A DNA stretch of 64,000 nucleotides from an uncultured Planctomycetaceae bacterium (GCA_963833985.1 CAWIAD010000002.1:5664001-5728000); one strand, 5' to 3'. Shown: positions 31,574 to 41,890, numbered from the stretch's first letter. The notes: generated by a model from the letters alone, not told the origin. Numbers and translations: made by a program.

Positions 31574-31634
31574 CGAAAGTACCTCCAAAGGTACATTCAA
31601 TCGTACCACGAACGGTCAATCCCTGCAACCTTCG

Positions 31635-31770
31635 GGAGGTAGGTATCGCGTCACGGGGACTGGGCCTCGATTCGCCTTGCTCGTTCATCAAAGCCGACGA
31701 TCTGGTGGGACTTCTGGTTCTCCCGGGCACTTCGCCAGAATTCATCCTCCTCGGCGGTCATCTTCAGGGG
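31635..31770 (-). pseudogene. Remnant of an antitoxin C-terminus plus the first codons of a PIN toxin
   Basis: PLKMTAEEDEFWRSARENQK...RIEAQSP*, with stop overlapping GTG ACG CGA TAC CTA (VTRYL); cut on the 5' side by element copy 3. Confidence 0.45.
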
Positions 31771-31820
31771 AGCAAGCAGAAGAGGCAGAAGAGAAGAGGT
31801 AGAAGTGGAAGGCAGAAGAG

Positions 31821-32320
31821 AAAGGCAGAAGAGGACAGGCGTTTGCTCCGCGCGGGCAAGGCGGTGATCTCGGCGAAGCTGGCCGGGATCCTGGATCGAC
31901 TGGGGAGCAACGCGGGGAACTGGCAGGCGCGGCTGCTGAAGCGGGCGGGCAGGCGGCTGCTGGGCCGATTCTTCGCCACGAGCCGAGAACGGCTGCGGGA
32001 CGTGGCCGGTCGGCTGGGGCGGCATCACCTGACGAACCTGGGCGGCTGCCCGGCACGGTGAGGCCGCGGCGACCGTGGTAATGCGTGACGGTGCAAACGT
32101 AACGTCGGCCTCACGGCCGAGGCTGGCGGCTGCGCCCGTCCGAACCACACGCTCACGCACGTGGTCACTCAAACGTTCGAGGCAGACAACCAGATCGCTG
32201 TGTGAGCGTCGCTACTGGTGTCGAGTAGCGACAGGGGCTACTGGGCCGGGTTGCCCCGAGTGAACCAATCACCCGGGGCAACTCGACCCGCAGAACGCGT
32301 GGCTGAGTGGCCTGCTTTTT
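31821..32320 (+). mobile_element. Non-autonomous element, copy 3
   Basis: Same start as copy 1 (offset 3570); in-frame remnant RLLRAGKAVISAKLAGILDRLG...GRFFATSRERLR...NLGGCPAR* (31838-32061); ends GGCCTGCTTTTTT. Confidence 0.75.
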
Positions 32321-32542
32321 TCTTCTCTTTTCTTCTTGTTTTTGGCTCCTTCTTTGCTAACCCGGTGAGAATCATTTCACTTTTCCACGGCCTTATGCCG
32401 ATCTCATTGTCATCACTTCTTCTCACGCTGGCTGCATGCGGCCACGTATCCATGTATCTGGTCTATCGGGCAAGCACCTCGCTGCATGGTGTGGGACACG
32501 AGGACGCGGTCGTCCCGGCCGTGGAATTGAGGAAATGGTGCC

Positions 32543-34252
32543 TTGACCATCCAGCTCTTTCGATGTCGAAGCAGAGCATGGGGCCTTGCCTGGGGGCTAT
32601 GTCTCGCGGTGTATCTGCCGACCGCGCATGCTCAGGCGCCCCCACCGCTGCCGAGTGCCTCGGTCCCGCCGGCACAGAACAGCACGGATGCGGAACCAGT
32701 CCCCGCCGGACTCGCGGAGCGGGTTCGCAAGCTGGAGGAGATGAATCGGCAACTGCTTCAGCAGTACACGAACGTCTCCAGCCAGTATCAACGGGTTGCC
32801 GAACAGAACCAGGCGCTTTCCCGAACGGTGCAGGACCTGTCGAAGAAGCTCGAGACTTCCAATCCAGGCCAGAGGCTGCCGGCGCGGGGGGGCAATGGCC
32901 TGGGATTCACGGGCACGGAGGCCGGCAGCGACTTTGAGCCGGCCCTGACAGGAGGGTTGACTTCTCCCCCCGCGGGAGCAGAAGGCGCGCCGAAAGGGAA
33001 GAGGCGGAATCGTCTGGGAGGTTTTTATGACGAGGACTATCGCGAGCGCTATGGCTATGTCTTCCGGTCGGAGGACGATGAATACGAGCTGAGGCTCAAT
33101 GGCCTGGCCCAGTTCGACGCCCGGTACTATCAGCCGCAAAACCAGGTCCCGGTCGTCAACGACTTTGATATTCCTCGGGCACGATTCTACTTCAGCGGCC
33201 GCTTGACCAGGCCCATCGAGTACCAGCTCGCCTTCCAGCGGTCGATCAACAGCTTTGATTTGCTCAACGCCTATATCAACCTTCGCTACGACGAGCGCTT
33301 CCAGCTCCGGATTGGCCGGTATCGCGCCCCGTATACGTACGAGTGGGCCAAGCTTTCGATCTGGGAACTGCTGACTCCCGAGCGTTCGCCGTTCGCCGTG
33401 AATTTCGGCCCCAACCGCCAGATCGGAGTGATGGGATGGGGCAACATGTTCACGAATCGGCTGGAGTATGCCGTCGGAGTCTTCGACGGGCCCCGCAACT
33501 CGTACCAGGACTTTAACAACGCCAAGGACATCATGGCGTTCATTGACTATCGGCCGTTTGTCGACACGGACTCGGCGCTCAAGTACTTGAGTTTCGGCGG
33601 GTCGCTCGATGAGGGGCAGGAGAACAATCCGCTGGTCCCCGCGGCCTTGCGGGGGTCGCAAAACGCATCCGGCAACACGCTGGCCACGGCCGCGGGCGAC
33701 AACCTCGTCGCCGTGCCGTTCCTTCAGTTCAACAGCAACGTGCGTGAAAAAGGGGCACGCGAACTCTGGGAGATTCACGGCACCTATTTCTACAAGGGTC
33801 TGTCGGTGCTCGGAGCCTGGGATAGCGGCTTCAACGACTATTCGTTGACGTCAGCCGGGGCCCGGCCCGTCCACATGCCGGTGGGCGGATACTTCATCCA
33901 GTTTGGCTATATCGTCACGGGAGAGTCCGTCCAGAAGCGGGGTCTCGTTGAGCCGCTTCGTCCCTTCGACCTGCGGCGCGGCAAGTTCGGCCCGGGAGCG
34001 CTCGAGCTTCAGTTCCGCTTCAGCAACCTTCAGATCGGCAACCAGGTCTTCACCGGTGGTCTGGCTGACCCCAACCTCTGGTCAAACCGTCTCAATATGA
34101 CCGACCTCGGCTTCAACTGGTATCTCACCAGGAATGTCAAGTTTTACTTCGACTGGGAGCACAGCATGTTCGGCCAGCCCGTCTACTATCGCCCGGGAAG
34201 CAACCAGCTTACCAATGACCTCTACTGGCTGCGTCTCCAGCTTTACTACTGA
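32543..34252 (+). CDS. Phosphate-selective porin OprO/OprP family
   Basis: Signal peptide, coiled coil, then beta-barrel: FDIPRARFYFSG, DLGFNWYLTRNVKFYFDW, C-terminal aromatic residue. Confidence 0.85.
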   Translation: MTIQLFRCRSRAWGLAWGLCLAVYLPTAHAQAPPPLPSASVPPAQNSTDAEPVPAGLAERVRKLEEMNRQLLQQYTNVSSQYQRVAEQNQALSRTVQDLSKKLETSNPGQRLPARGGNGLGFTGTEAGSDFEPALTGGLTSPPAGAEGAPKGKRRNRLGGFYDEDYRERYGYVFRSEDDEYELRLNGLAQFDARYYQPQNQVPVVNDFDIPRARFYFSGRLTRPIEYQLAFQRSINSFDLLNAYINLRYDERFQLRIGRYRAPYTYEWAKLSIWELLTPERSPFAVNFGPNRQIGVMGWGNMFTNRLEYAVGVFDGPRNSYQDFNNAKDIMAFIDYRPFVDTDSALKYLSFGGSLDEGQENNPLVPAALRGSQNASGNTLATAAGDNLVAVPFLQFNSNVREKGARELWEIHGTYFYKGLSVLGAWDSGFNDYSLTSAGARPVHMPVGGYFIQFGYIVTGESVQKRGLVEPLRPFDLRRGKFGPGALELQFRFSNLQIGNQVFTGGLADPNLWSNRLNMTDLGFNWYLTRNVKFYFDWEHSMFGQPVYYRPGSNQLTNDLYWLRLQLYY

Positions 34253-34703
34253 GCGATCGGACCAGCGCCGGCCCGGCGACGCGCTGGCTGCACGTTTCTT
34301 ACCAGCCGTCTGAAGCAGTCCGCCGGACAGTCAGCGCGCAAAACTCGGGGAACGAAGCCATCGAAAAAGGATGAGATTGCCATTCAAGTCCATGGCAATT
34401 CACGGTTAACGTCACGTGGGCCTGATTCGCCGAGGGGGAAACGGAGCCAAATCGCCAGCAGGCCTTGGCCATCCGGTTGCGGCTCGATGAGCCGCAATGC
34501 CGGAGTCTGGCCAACTGGCCACAGGTTGCCTCTTCCGCTCGTTTGCCGATCGATCTATGATCGGCGTCATGTTCACTTGGCTTTTTCGCGGAAGACGATC
34601 GTCTTCCGGCTGCTCAATTTAGCCGCGGGCACTCTCCGCCGCAGGGTAGATTCCCTGCATCTTGAGCGGGGGTACCGCGCCAGGTCTTGAGGTCTGCTCA
34701 CCC

Positions 34704-36272
34704 ATGGCCGATATCGTCTTTATCAATCCCCGGTTCGAGGTCTCGTACTGGGGGCTGGAGCATGCCCTGCCGCTGATCGGCAAGAAGGCCAACATGCCAC
34801 TCGCCGCGCTGCCCCTGCTGGCGGCGTTGACGCCTCGGGAGCACACGGTCACGCTGATCGACGAGAATATCGAGCCCATCGATTTTGAGCGCTGCGCCCG
34901 GGCCGATGTCGTCGGACTGACCGGCATGGTCGTCCAGCGCCGGCGGATGAAGGAGATCCTCTCGGAGCTGAAGGGGCGCGGGGCGTTCGTGGTGGTGGGC
35001 GGAGCCTGGGCGACCGTCAAGGAAGACGACTTCGAGGGCCTGGCGGATGTGCTCTTCATCGGCGAGGCCGAGCAGACCTGGCCGCGCTTTCTCGAGGACT
35101 GGCAGCGCGGCAAGCACCGGCCGCGCTACGAACAGGACGAGCGGACAGACATGGCGACGGTGCCGACGCCGCGGTTTGACCTCTTGAAGATGCGCGATTA
35201 CCTGTTCGGCAACGTCCAGTTCTCGCGCGGCTGCCCGTTCCAGTGCGAGTTCTGCGACATCATCGTCACCTTCGGCCGCAAGCCGAGGATCAAGACGAGC
35301 CGGCAGATCCGCGCGGAGCTGGATGCCCTGCGCTCCCAAGGCGTGCGCGGGACGATGATCGTGGACGACAACCTGATCGGCAACAAGAAGGCGATCGTGC
35401 CGGTGCTCCAGGACCTGAGCGCCTGGCAGAGGGAAAACGGCTACGGGATGACGTTCTTCACGGAGGCCTCGATTGACCTGGCCGACGAGCCGGAGCTGAT
35501 GCGGCTGATGGTGGAGGCGAACATCGTCAACGTGTTCGTCGGCATCGAGAGCCCCAACGAGGGCTCGCTGCGCGAGACCAAGAAGTATCAGAACGTCCGC
35601 TCCGGGGGCACGCTCGCCGAGAAGGTCAGGCGCATCCAGGACGCAGGCATGGAAGTGATGTGCGGTATGATCCTGGGCTTCGACCACGACGACGAAACCA
35701 TCTTCGAGGCTGAGATCAACTTCATCACCGAAGCCCGGGTCATCAACGTGATGCTGGGAATGCTCTCGGCGATTCCCAAGACGCCGCTCTACGACCGGAT
35801 GGTCGAGGAGGGCCGGCTCGACACCGACCCGGAGAATGAGGCAGAGTTTGGCACGAACCTCATTCCGCTCCGGCTGGGCCGAGAACAGCTCCGGGACGGT
35901 TTCGTCCATGTCCTCTCATCTCTGAACGAGACCACCGCCTATCTCGACCGGCTCGAATCTCTCTACCTGGACGCCCGGCTGAATTTCAGCCGAGGAGCCC
36001 GCCGTTACTGGCGCCGGCATCCCTGGCACGGAGCCAAAGCTCAGGGCTCGTTGCTGGCCCAGGCACTCGGTCTGCTGGCCAGGTTGAGCTGGAAAGTGGA
36101 GGATCCGGTGCTGCGCCGGGAGTATCTCAGGCGGATCTGGCGGATCTTCCGCGCGCGGCCCGACCCGAGCATTCTGTGGGTCTCCGTGGTCAAGTGCGCA
36201 TTGCATTACCACGCCCACACCATGGCCCGCCAGATGACCGTGGGGCAGACGCGGGTGGTGAATACGTACTGA
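34704..36272 (+). CDS. B12-binding radical SAM protein (DUF4070-type)
   Basis: QFSRGCPFQCEFCDI CxxxCxxC motif, VDDNLIGNK, FVGIESP, ILGFDHD. Confidence 0.92.
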   Translation: MADIVFINPRFEVSYWGLEHALPLIGKKANMPLAALPLLAALTPREHTVTLIDENIEPIDFERCARADVVGLTGMVVQRRRMKEILSELKGRGAFVVVGGAWATVKEDDFEGLADVLFIGEAEQTWPRFLEDWQRGKHRPRYEQDERTDMATVPTPRFDLLKMRDYLFGNVQFSRGCPFQCEFCDIIVTFGRKPRIKTSRQIRAELDALRSQGVRGTMIVDDNLIGNKKAIVPVLQDLSAWQRENGYGMTFFTEASIDLADEPELMRLMVEANIVNVFVGIESPNEGSLRETKKYQNVRSGGTLAEKVRRIQDAGMEVMCGMILGFDHDDETIFEAEINFITEARVINVMLGMLSAIPKTPLYDRMVEEGRLDTDPENEAEFGTNLIPLRLGREQLRDGFVHVLSSLNETTAYLDRLESLYLDARLNFSRGARRYWRRHPWHGAKAQGSLLAQALGLLARLSWKVEDPVLRREYLRRIWRIFRARPDPSILWVSVVKCALHYHAHTMARQMTVGQTRVVNTY

Positions 36273-36314
36273 GTTGCCGATCGCCGAGGGGGTAGTTGAT
36301 AGACAAGGTCGCGG

Positions 36315-36709
36315 TCAAGGAACAAGCGATTGCGCCCAAGCGACGACGTCATCGGCGATCCTGATCGCCTCGTTGTAGTGCGCCTCTGACGCCGGGGCGA
36401 TCAGGCCGGGGTATCGCGCCAGCGTTGCGAAGACGGTCAGCTTATGGGCCTGCTGAACCTCCGCCGGAATCGTCAGACCCTGCTGTTGCAGGCCGTTTAA
36501 CAATTGGGCCAGGTCGTGGATGAAAGGGAAGGTCCAACCATGCTGCTGGTAAACGGCCTTGATCCCAGTTCCGCTGCTTGCTGTGCCCAGAAGCAGAGAT
36601 CCTCCCACATGCCTCCCGCAGGAAGCGGCACCTGCGCCAGCACCAATTTGGACTGTGCTCGGATCAGCCAATCCTGGGGTGTTCCTGGCGCCGGGCAAGG
36701 AGGCGGCAC
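36315..36709 (-). pseudogene. HEPN domain toxin, frameshifted near 36565
   Basis: PQDWLIRAQS...EDLCFWAQQAAEL in one frame; IKAVY...FIHDLAQLL...ARYPG in the other. Confidence 0.75.
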
Positions 36710-37019
36710 GGTACAGTTCCTTTCCCTCGGACAGGGCGGAGTGAATGATCAGGTACGGGTTCCCTCCGTATTTTTCAACGTCGCCGACTTGAACAACGAT
36801 GATGTCCTTGGCGATTCCCAGATCACTGAGCCAATGATGCAAGGTCTGGGTGACTTCAAGGCAATCGCATCCGTCCGGCATCACCACCAGGAGATCCAAG
36901 TCGCTATCCGGTCCCATCTCGCCGCGTACGGCCGAGCCGAACAGGGTAATCTGTTGTGGATGCACTCTCTCCACAATCCGGCGAACCATTTCATTCAGAA
37001 CCGCAGGGTCCGGACTCAT
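36700..37019 (-). CDS. MNT minimal nucleotidyltransferase antitoxin (no stop at the expected position; reads on into the HEPN region)
   Basis: ITLFGSAVRGEMGPDSDLDLLVV motif; ...ALSEGKELYRAA. Confidence 0.85.
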
Positions 37020-37311
37020 GGCTTCTCCACAAATTGAGCCGCTTTCAGAGAGATCGCGATCGGAGTCAATCGTAGATGGTGGGTACAGGAACTCGCGACC
37101 GTCGGGATCCTGCATGCGGATTGCTGCCCCTGAGGTCGGCTGTCCCGAACTGGAGTCGCTGGCCACGAAGACCAAGTGGACGACCTTGTTTCCGATTCCG
37201 AGCGAGAGTGTATGGATCATGGGCGGGTGGCGACAGATGAGGTAGAGCGCCACTCCCACCAGAGCAACCATGGTGCAAATGGCCCGTAATCCAAACGGGA
37301 TCCTGGGCAGT

Positions 37312-39051
37312 GGGTGTAAGACACGGTTCGTTTTTCTGAGGTCCTACGCCGCTTTCCCAGTTTCCCTGGCTTTATAGTTGCGGAAGGGGCTGCTGGGCCT
37401 CTCTTTGAGGTACCGATCCAGGCGTCCGTCCTCCGAGAGGAACGACGCTCGAAGCTGAAGCATCGTCTCGGCACCGGCGTCGCTCCAGAATTTCTCCGAC
37501 CCCTTGACCCGCCGGTTGAAGATCTTCACGGTCGACTCCACGTGACTGCTCGTCCACGGCAATCCCCCGCGTCGATAAGCAGGGTAGTCCATCCGCTCTC
37601 GATTATGCTCCAGGTAGCCGAGTTCTTGGGCGATGATCTTGCGCGGGTCATCGTCGGCCAGCCGTTCGAGCTCGTCTCCGGATAAGGACGCCTGGGCATC
37701 TCGCAGGGTACGGAGTTCCTCGATCACCTGGCCCACGCGTCCCTTCCAGCAGGCCTCTGCCCATGCCTGGAACAACTCCCAGCGGCCTTCGGTCTCGACC
37801 GCCGCAGCCTTGGCGGCCGCGAACAGGTGACCCAGGGCGTGGAGAAAATCAACGATGGCCAGAAAGGTCGGAAAATGCCGTTGCTGCAATTTCCAGATCC
37901 AGGCCGAGCCGTCCCCCAGGAACGCCCGATGAGCCGCTTTCATGAGATTGCGTCGCCACGCCTCCGCGGCCACCATCGGCCCGAATTGCTCGCTGGAGCA
38001 GGTGCTCGCCACGTAAGTCCGCACCACCAGTTCGGGCCTTTCCCTCGGCTCGGACCGATCCCCGGGGGACGGCAGAGATGCTTCGTCGATGTTCTCCGCC
38101 GGGGCCTCCTGTAGGCCCATCGAGCTCGCCCCGCTGATCCCGCCGACAAGCTTCTCGACGTATCCCCGGTCGCGGTAGCAGGCGGGCAACTCCGGCTCCG
38201 GATCGCATTCCGAGACGACATTGGCCATGGTGGCCAGAATCGCGATCTTGTCCTCACGCCAGGACGCATCATGGGCACCGGGCCCTTCCCCCTGGCCGCG
38301 AATCTGCAGCCGGCCGCCGTCAACCTCGACCACTGCCAGAGCCGGCCGTGTCTCGACTCGCGGCTCGAGCTTATGGGCTTGAAGTTCGCTCACATGCTGA
38401 TCTCTCTCGGCCTGCAATTGTTGGCCGACCTCCTGGGCGATGCGGCCGATCTGCCGACTGCCGATGGTCACCTCGGCCAATTCCGCCATCGCCTCGGCCG
38501 CCTCCCGGAAGGAGGGCTCCCGGGCACCGCAACGGACGATCTTGCGCAGCACCGAAGGGCTGTAGTCATGTGGCGTGAGGCGCAAGGCCGGACGCTGAGG
38601 GAAAAAAATCCCGGCGACATGCCGGGCAGTGGCACTTCGGTTCGGCGTAGGTGACCTTGCCTCCCCAGAATTCAATGGTTCGATCGTTGCGTTGCACCGG
38701 ACAGAGCCGCTTGCAGTTGGGGCAAGGCTGCTCGGCCCCCAAGAGGGAGGCTTTCTGCTTCAGGAGTTCCTCGATGGTTCCCTGGGCCACGGCACAGGCC
38801 GCGGTCATGGCCATTTGTTCCATGTCGTCGGCATCGAGGTCTAGGTCAGGCCCAACTTCTTCGTGGACCCGTCGCGCCACAATTTTCCCCCACCCTTTGG
38901 CCATCTGCTCGACTCCGGTGCGATCCATCGATGGTGACTTACGGAAAGGCATAGCAGGTCCCTCCTTGGACTTCCGGTGACGGACAATTTGGGAAACTTG
39001 ACTTGACATGCTACCACCGGCCTCGGACGGCGCGAACCGCGTCTTACACCC
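37312..39051 (-). mobile_element. Complete ISKra4-family insertion sequence (1740 bp)
   Basis: TIRs GGGTGTAAGACACGGTTCG / CGAACCGCGTCTTACACCC; 9-bp TSD CTGGGCAGT at 37303-37311 and 39052-39060. Confidence 0.92.
37344..38952 (-). CDS. ISKra4-family transposase, split into two ORFs at a T7 run (38602-38608)
   Basis: orfA has CPNC/CPAC and RRDFFP; orfB has VEVDGG, FLGDGSAWIW, IVDFLHA, SSHVESTVK. Confidence 0.88.
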
Positions 39052-39414
39052 CTGGGCAGTGTCCGGCCGTTTCCTCAGTATTCATGGCGCTTCGGACGGG
39101 TTACCATTTTACCAGGTCCTTCAGGTCTTGGCAGTCTGTGATGCAAGCACCCGCCCTCACTTCCGCCACTGCCCTGAGCGCAGGTCACCGAAGAACTTTC
39201 ACAGGTTGCCTACGGACAGATGGGGGCTTGATCGACCAGATTCGTCCCCGGTGCATCTTTGCTTTCCGTCCGAGTTCCTCCGGCTGGTTGACTTGAGTGC
39301 AGTTGCCGAAGAGGGCGAATCGGGGTAAGGTCGGGAGAATGGCAGGGGGTGCCGCGATGGTCAAGTCGTTGCGGCCGGGCCGTTCCACTTACCTGACACT
39401 GGAGGGAGCCTTTC

Positions 39415-40539
39415 ATGTCCAGCCTCCTGGCGTTCTGCGCCTTGAGCTTTGGCTTCGTTCCGCCGGCTGAAACCGACAAATCGCCGGCGGTGTCGCCCCA
39501 GGCATTCCTTGCCTGGTTCGACGCGGCGCGGCAGGGGAAGCTGGAGATGCCAGAAGCGGTTCTCCAACGGGCGGGTGGGTACCGCTACGTCTTCATTTGC
39601 GGCCTGTTCCACGAGCGGATGCCTGGCTATTTCGCGCAAAATGTCAAGGAGCTGCGGGCCAGGGGTGTGCCGCGAACGGCCATTCACCTCATCAAGCCCG
39701 ATTCGCAACTGACCGTCGAAGAGAACCTCGAATCGGTTCGAGCCGAGCTGCGGGCGATTGCCGCCGAAGGGCCCGAGCCGCTGGTCGTGATCGGTCATAG
39801 CCGCGGCGCCTGCGACGCTCTGGCGTTCGCGCTCCAGAACCCGAAGTTCGTCCAGAAGCGCATCCGCGCCCTGTTCCTGCTCCAGGGACCATTCGGCGGA
39901 ACAGGCCTGGCGGACTACGTGGCCGGCGCGGGGGAACCCATGGACGGACGGATGCCCACCGGGTACCGGCTCATGGGCAGGGCGTTGGGAAACCTCAAGT
40001 CACGCTTCCTGGACGACGGCAGGCACGGTGCCATCACGGCACTCAACCGGCGAGATTCGGAGCGCTTCTGGAAAGAGATGATGGAAGCTCACAGTGCCGC
40101 CGTCCCCATCGTCGCGTCCAGGACCTTCTACGTCACCTGCCGGACGAGAACCTCCCGACAGCCGGTCTTGCAGCGCATCACCGGGTCGTACCTGGGCACC
40201 TATTACGGGCCGAATGACGGATTGGTGGCGCTCGAAGACCAGTCGCTGCCGGAGTTCGGCACCGTGCTCGCGGTTCTTGATGCCGGCCATAGCGACCTGA
40301 CCCGCCGGTTCCCGGCCGCGCGGGCCCAGCCGCGGCTCCGTAACGCGCTGGTGGACGCCATCCTGATGGCGGTGGCCGCCCCGGAAAAACGGCACGCCGG
40401 CAAGTCCGACGACGCCACGGTCCGCACCTCCGGACCCGCTCAGGGAAGGGCACGCCGCACGATCCGGAACCCCCAGGCCGGCAAGCTCAGCTCGGGCAGG
40501 GCAGCCGATGGGGACAAAGCGCCTGAGCGAGCGCCCTGA
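39415..40539 (+). CDS. Secreted alpha/beta hydrolase (lipase-like)
   Basis: VIGHSRG nucleophile elbow, NDGLV, AGHSDL. Confidence 0.8.
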   Translation: MSSLLAFCALSFGFVPPAETDKSPAVSPQAFLAWFDAARQGKLEMPEAVLQRAGGYRYVFICGLFHERMPGYFAQNVKELRARGVPRTAIHLIKPDSQLTVEENLESVRAELRAIAAEGPEPLVVIGHSRGACDALAFALQNPKFVQKRIRALFLLQGPFGGTGLADYVAGAGEPMDGRMPTGYRLMGRALGNLKSRFLDDGRHGAITALNRRDSERFWKEMMEAHSAAVPIVASRTFYVTCRTRTSRQPVLQRITGSYLGTYYGPNDGLVALEDQSLPEFGTVLAVLDAGHSDLTRRFPAARAQPRLRNALVDAILMAVAAPEKRHAGKSDDATVRTSGPAQGRARRTIRNPQAGKLSSGRAADGDKAPERAP

Positions 40540-41864
40540 CCCAGCCTGGGCGTCACGTCGCGGAACTCGGCCGAGGTGTCGGGCCAGTCGAGGATACGGC
40601 CCTTGAACGGCCGGTTCGAGAGGTTGATCGCGATCAGCAACTCTTCCCGGGCGTCACGTCGCAGGTAGGCAACGACGCGTTCCTCGTCGCTGGTGGGCAG
40701 CCACACCGTCTGCCCTGATCGGAGCGCGGGGTGGTCGCGGCGCAGCGCCGTGAGCTGCTTGAAGAGACGCGGGAATTCAAGCCGGCGCTCGGCGATGGGG
40801 CGGAAGATGGGCATCCGCTCAAACAGGGCTGGAGCACCCGATTCGGTCGTGTCGCCGTACTCCATGCCGTTGTAAATGAGCGGAATGCCGTCGAGTGTGA
40901 AGACGAGCACCGCGGCCGCCAGCGCCCCGCGCTCGCCGAAGCGGGCGATTGCCCGCTTCTCGTCGTGGTTGTCGCTGAAGCGCATGTGCAGCGCCCCGCG
41001 GGGATTGATGCTTTGATTGTGCTTCCAGACGTCGCGCAAGGCCGTGGCCGGCCTGGCGCCGGTCAGCACGTCATTCAAGGCTCCGTGGAACGGCCAGGCG
41101 TAATCGGCGTTGAAGGCCTTGTTCAGGAGCTCGGGCTTGGACGCCTCGGCCAGCAGGAAGATGCCGGGCTTGACTGCGGCCAGCTCGTCGCGTGCCCGCT
41201 CCCAGAATGCCGTTGGAACCTCCGAGGCCACGTCGCAACGGAAGCCGTCAAGGTCGAAGTTGACGAGCCAGCGCTTGAGCATGCCGATCATGTAGTCGCG
41301 GAGCGCGGGGTTATCGTAGTTGAGGTCGGCGACGTCGGTCCAGCCGGGGTTGGGCGGCAAGACCTTGCCCTGGGCGTCGCGCGTGTAGAAGTCGGGATGG
41401 CGCTCCATGAGTACGCAATCCCAGGCCGTATGGTTGGCCACGATGTCGATGATGACCTTCATGCCCCGTTGGTGCGCCTCGGCGACCAGGTGCTTGAGGT
41501 CGTCGGCCGAGCCGTAGTCCGGGTTGATGGCGTCGTAATCGCGCACGGCGTAGGGGCTGCCGATGGTCCCCTTCTTGTTCTTCTGGCCGGTGGGATGAAT
41601 CGGCATGAGCCAGAGCACCGTGACGCCCAGGTCCTTGAGCTCGTCGAGCCGCGCCGTGATGCCGGCGAAGTTTCCCTCCGGCGAGAAGTTCCGCGGGAAA
41701 ATCTCGTAGACCACCGCGTCGCGCACCCACTCGGGCGAGGATCGAGCCGGCAGCAGCGATGCGTGTTGAGGAAGCGGTTGTGCGAGCAAGGGCGCGTTCA
41801 GACAGACCAGCACAAGAATGGCCGCCAGCATCGGCAGGCTGGTCGTGCGCGGTGATCGTGACAT
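40440..41864 (-). CDS. Alpha-amylase family (GH13) glycosidase
   Basis: IIDIVANHT, DGFRCDVA, LLAEA, FSDNHDE. Confidence 0.95.
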   Translation of the reverse strand: MSRSPRTTSLPMLAAILVLVCLNAPLLAQPLPQHASLLPARSSPEWVRDAVVYEIFPRNFSPEGNFAGITARLDELKDLGVTVLWLMPIHPTGQKNKKGTIGSPYAVRDYDAINPDYGSADDLKHLVAEAHQRGMKVIIDIVANHTAWDCVLMERHPDFYTRDAQGKVLPPNPGWTDVADLNYDNPALRDYMIGMLKRWLVNFDLDGFRCDVASEVPTAFWERARDELAAVKPGIFLLAEASKPELLNKAFNADYAWPFHGALNDVLTGARPATALRDVWKHNQSINPRGALHMRFSDNHDEKRAIARFGERGALAAAVLVFTLDGIPLIYNGMEYGDTTESGAPALFERMPIFRPIAERRLEFPRLFKQLTALRRDHPALRSGQTVWLPTSDEERVVAYLRRDAREELLIAINLSNRPFKGRILDWPDTSAEFRDVTPRLGQGARSGALSPSAALPELSLPAWGFRIVRRALP

Positions 41865-41890
41865 CTTCGGGAACCTCCGGAGAGTGAAGC

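Noticed and set aside
28251..32355. Classical integron with attC sites
   Set aside because: No intI gene; repeats are 290-500 bp and include a protein-coding remnant; I could not see RYYYAAC...GTTRRRY boxes.
37020..37271. N-terminal membrane extension of the MNT protein in ORF 36315..37271
   Set aside because: MNT homology starts at Met 37019; the upstream part looks like an unrelated fragment next to the ISKra4 insertion.
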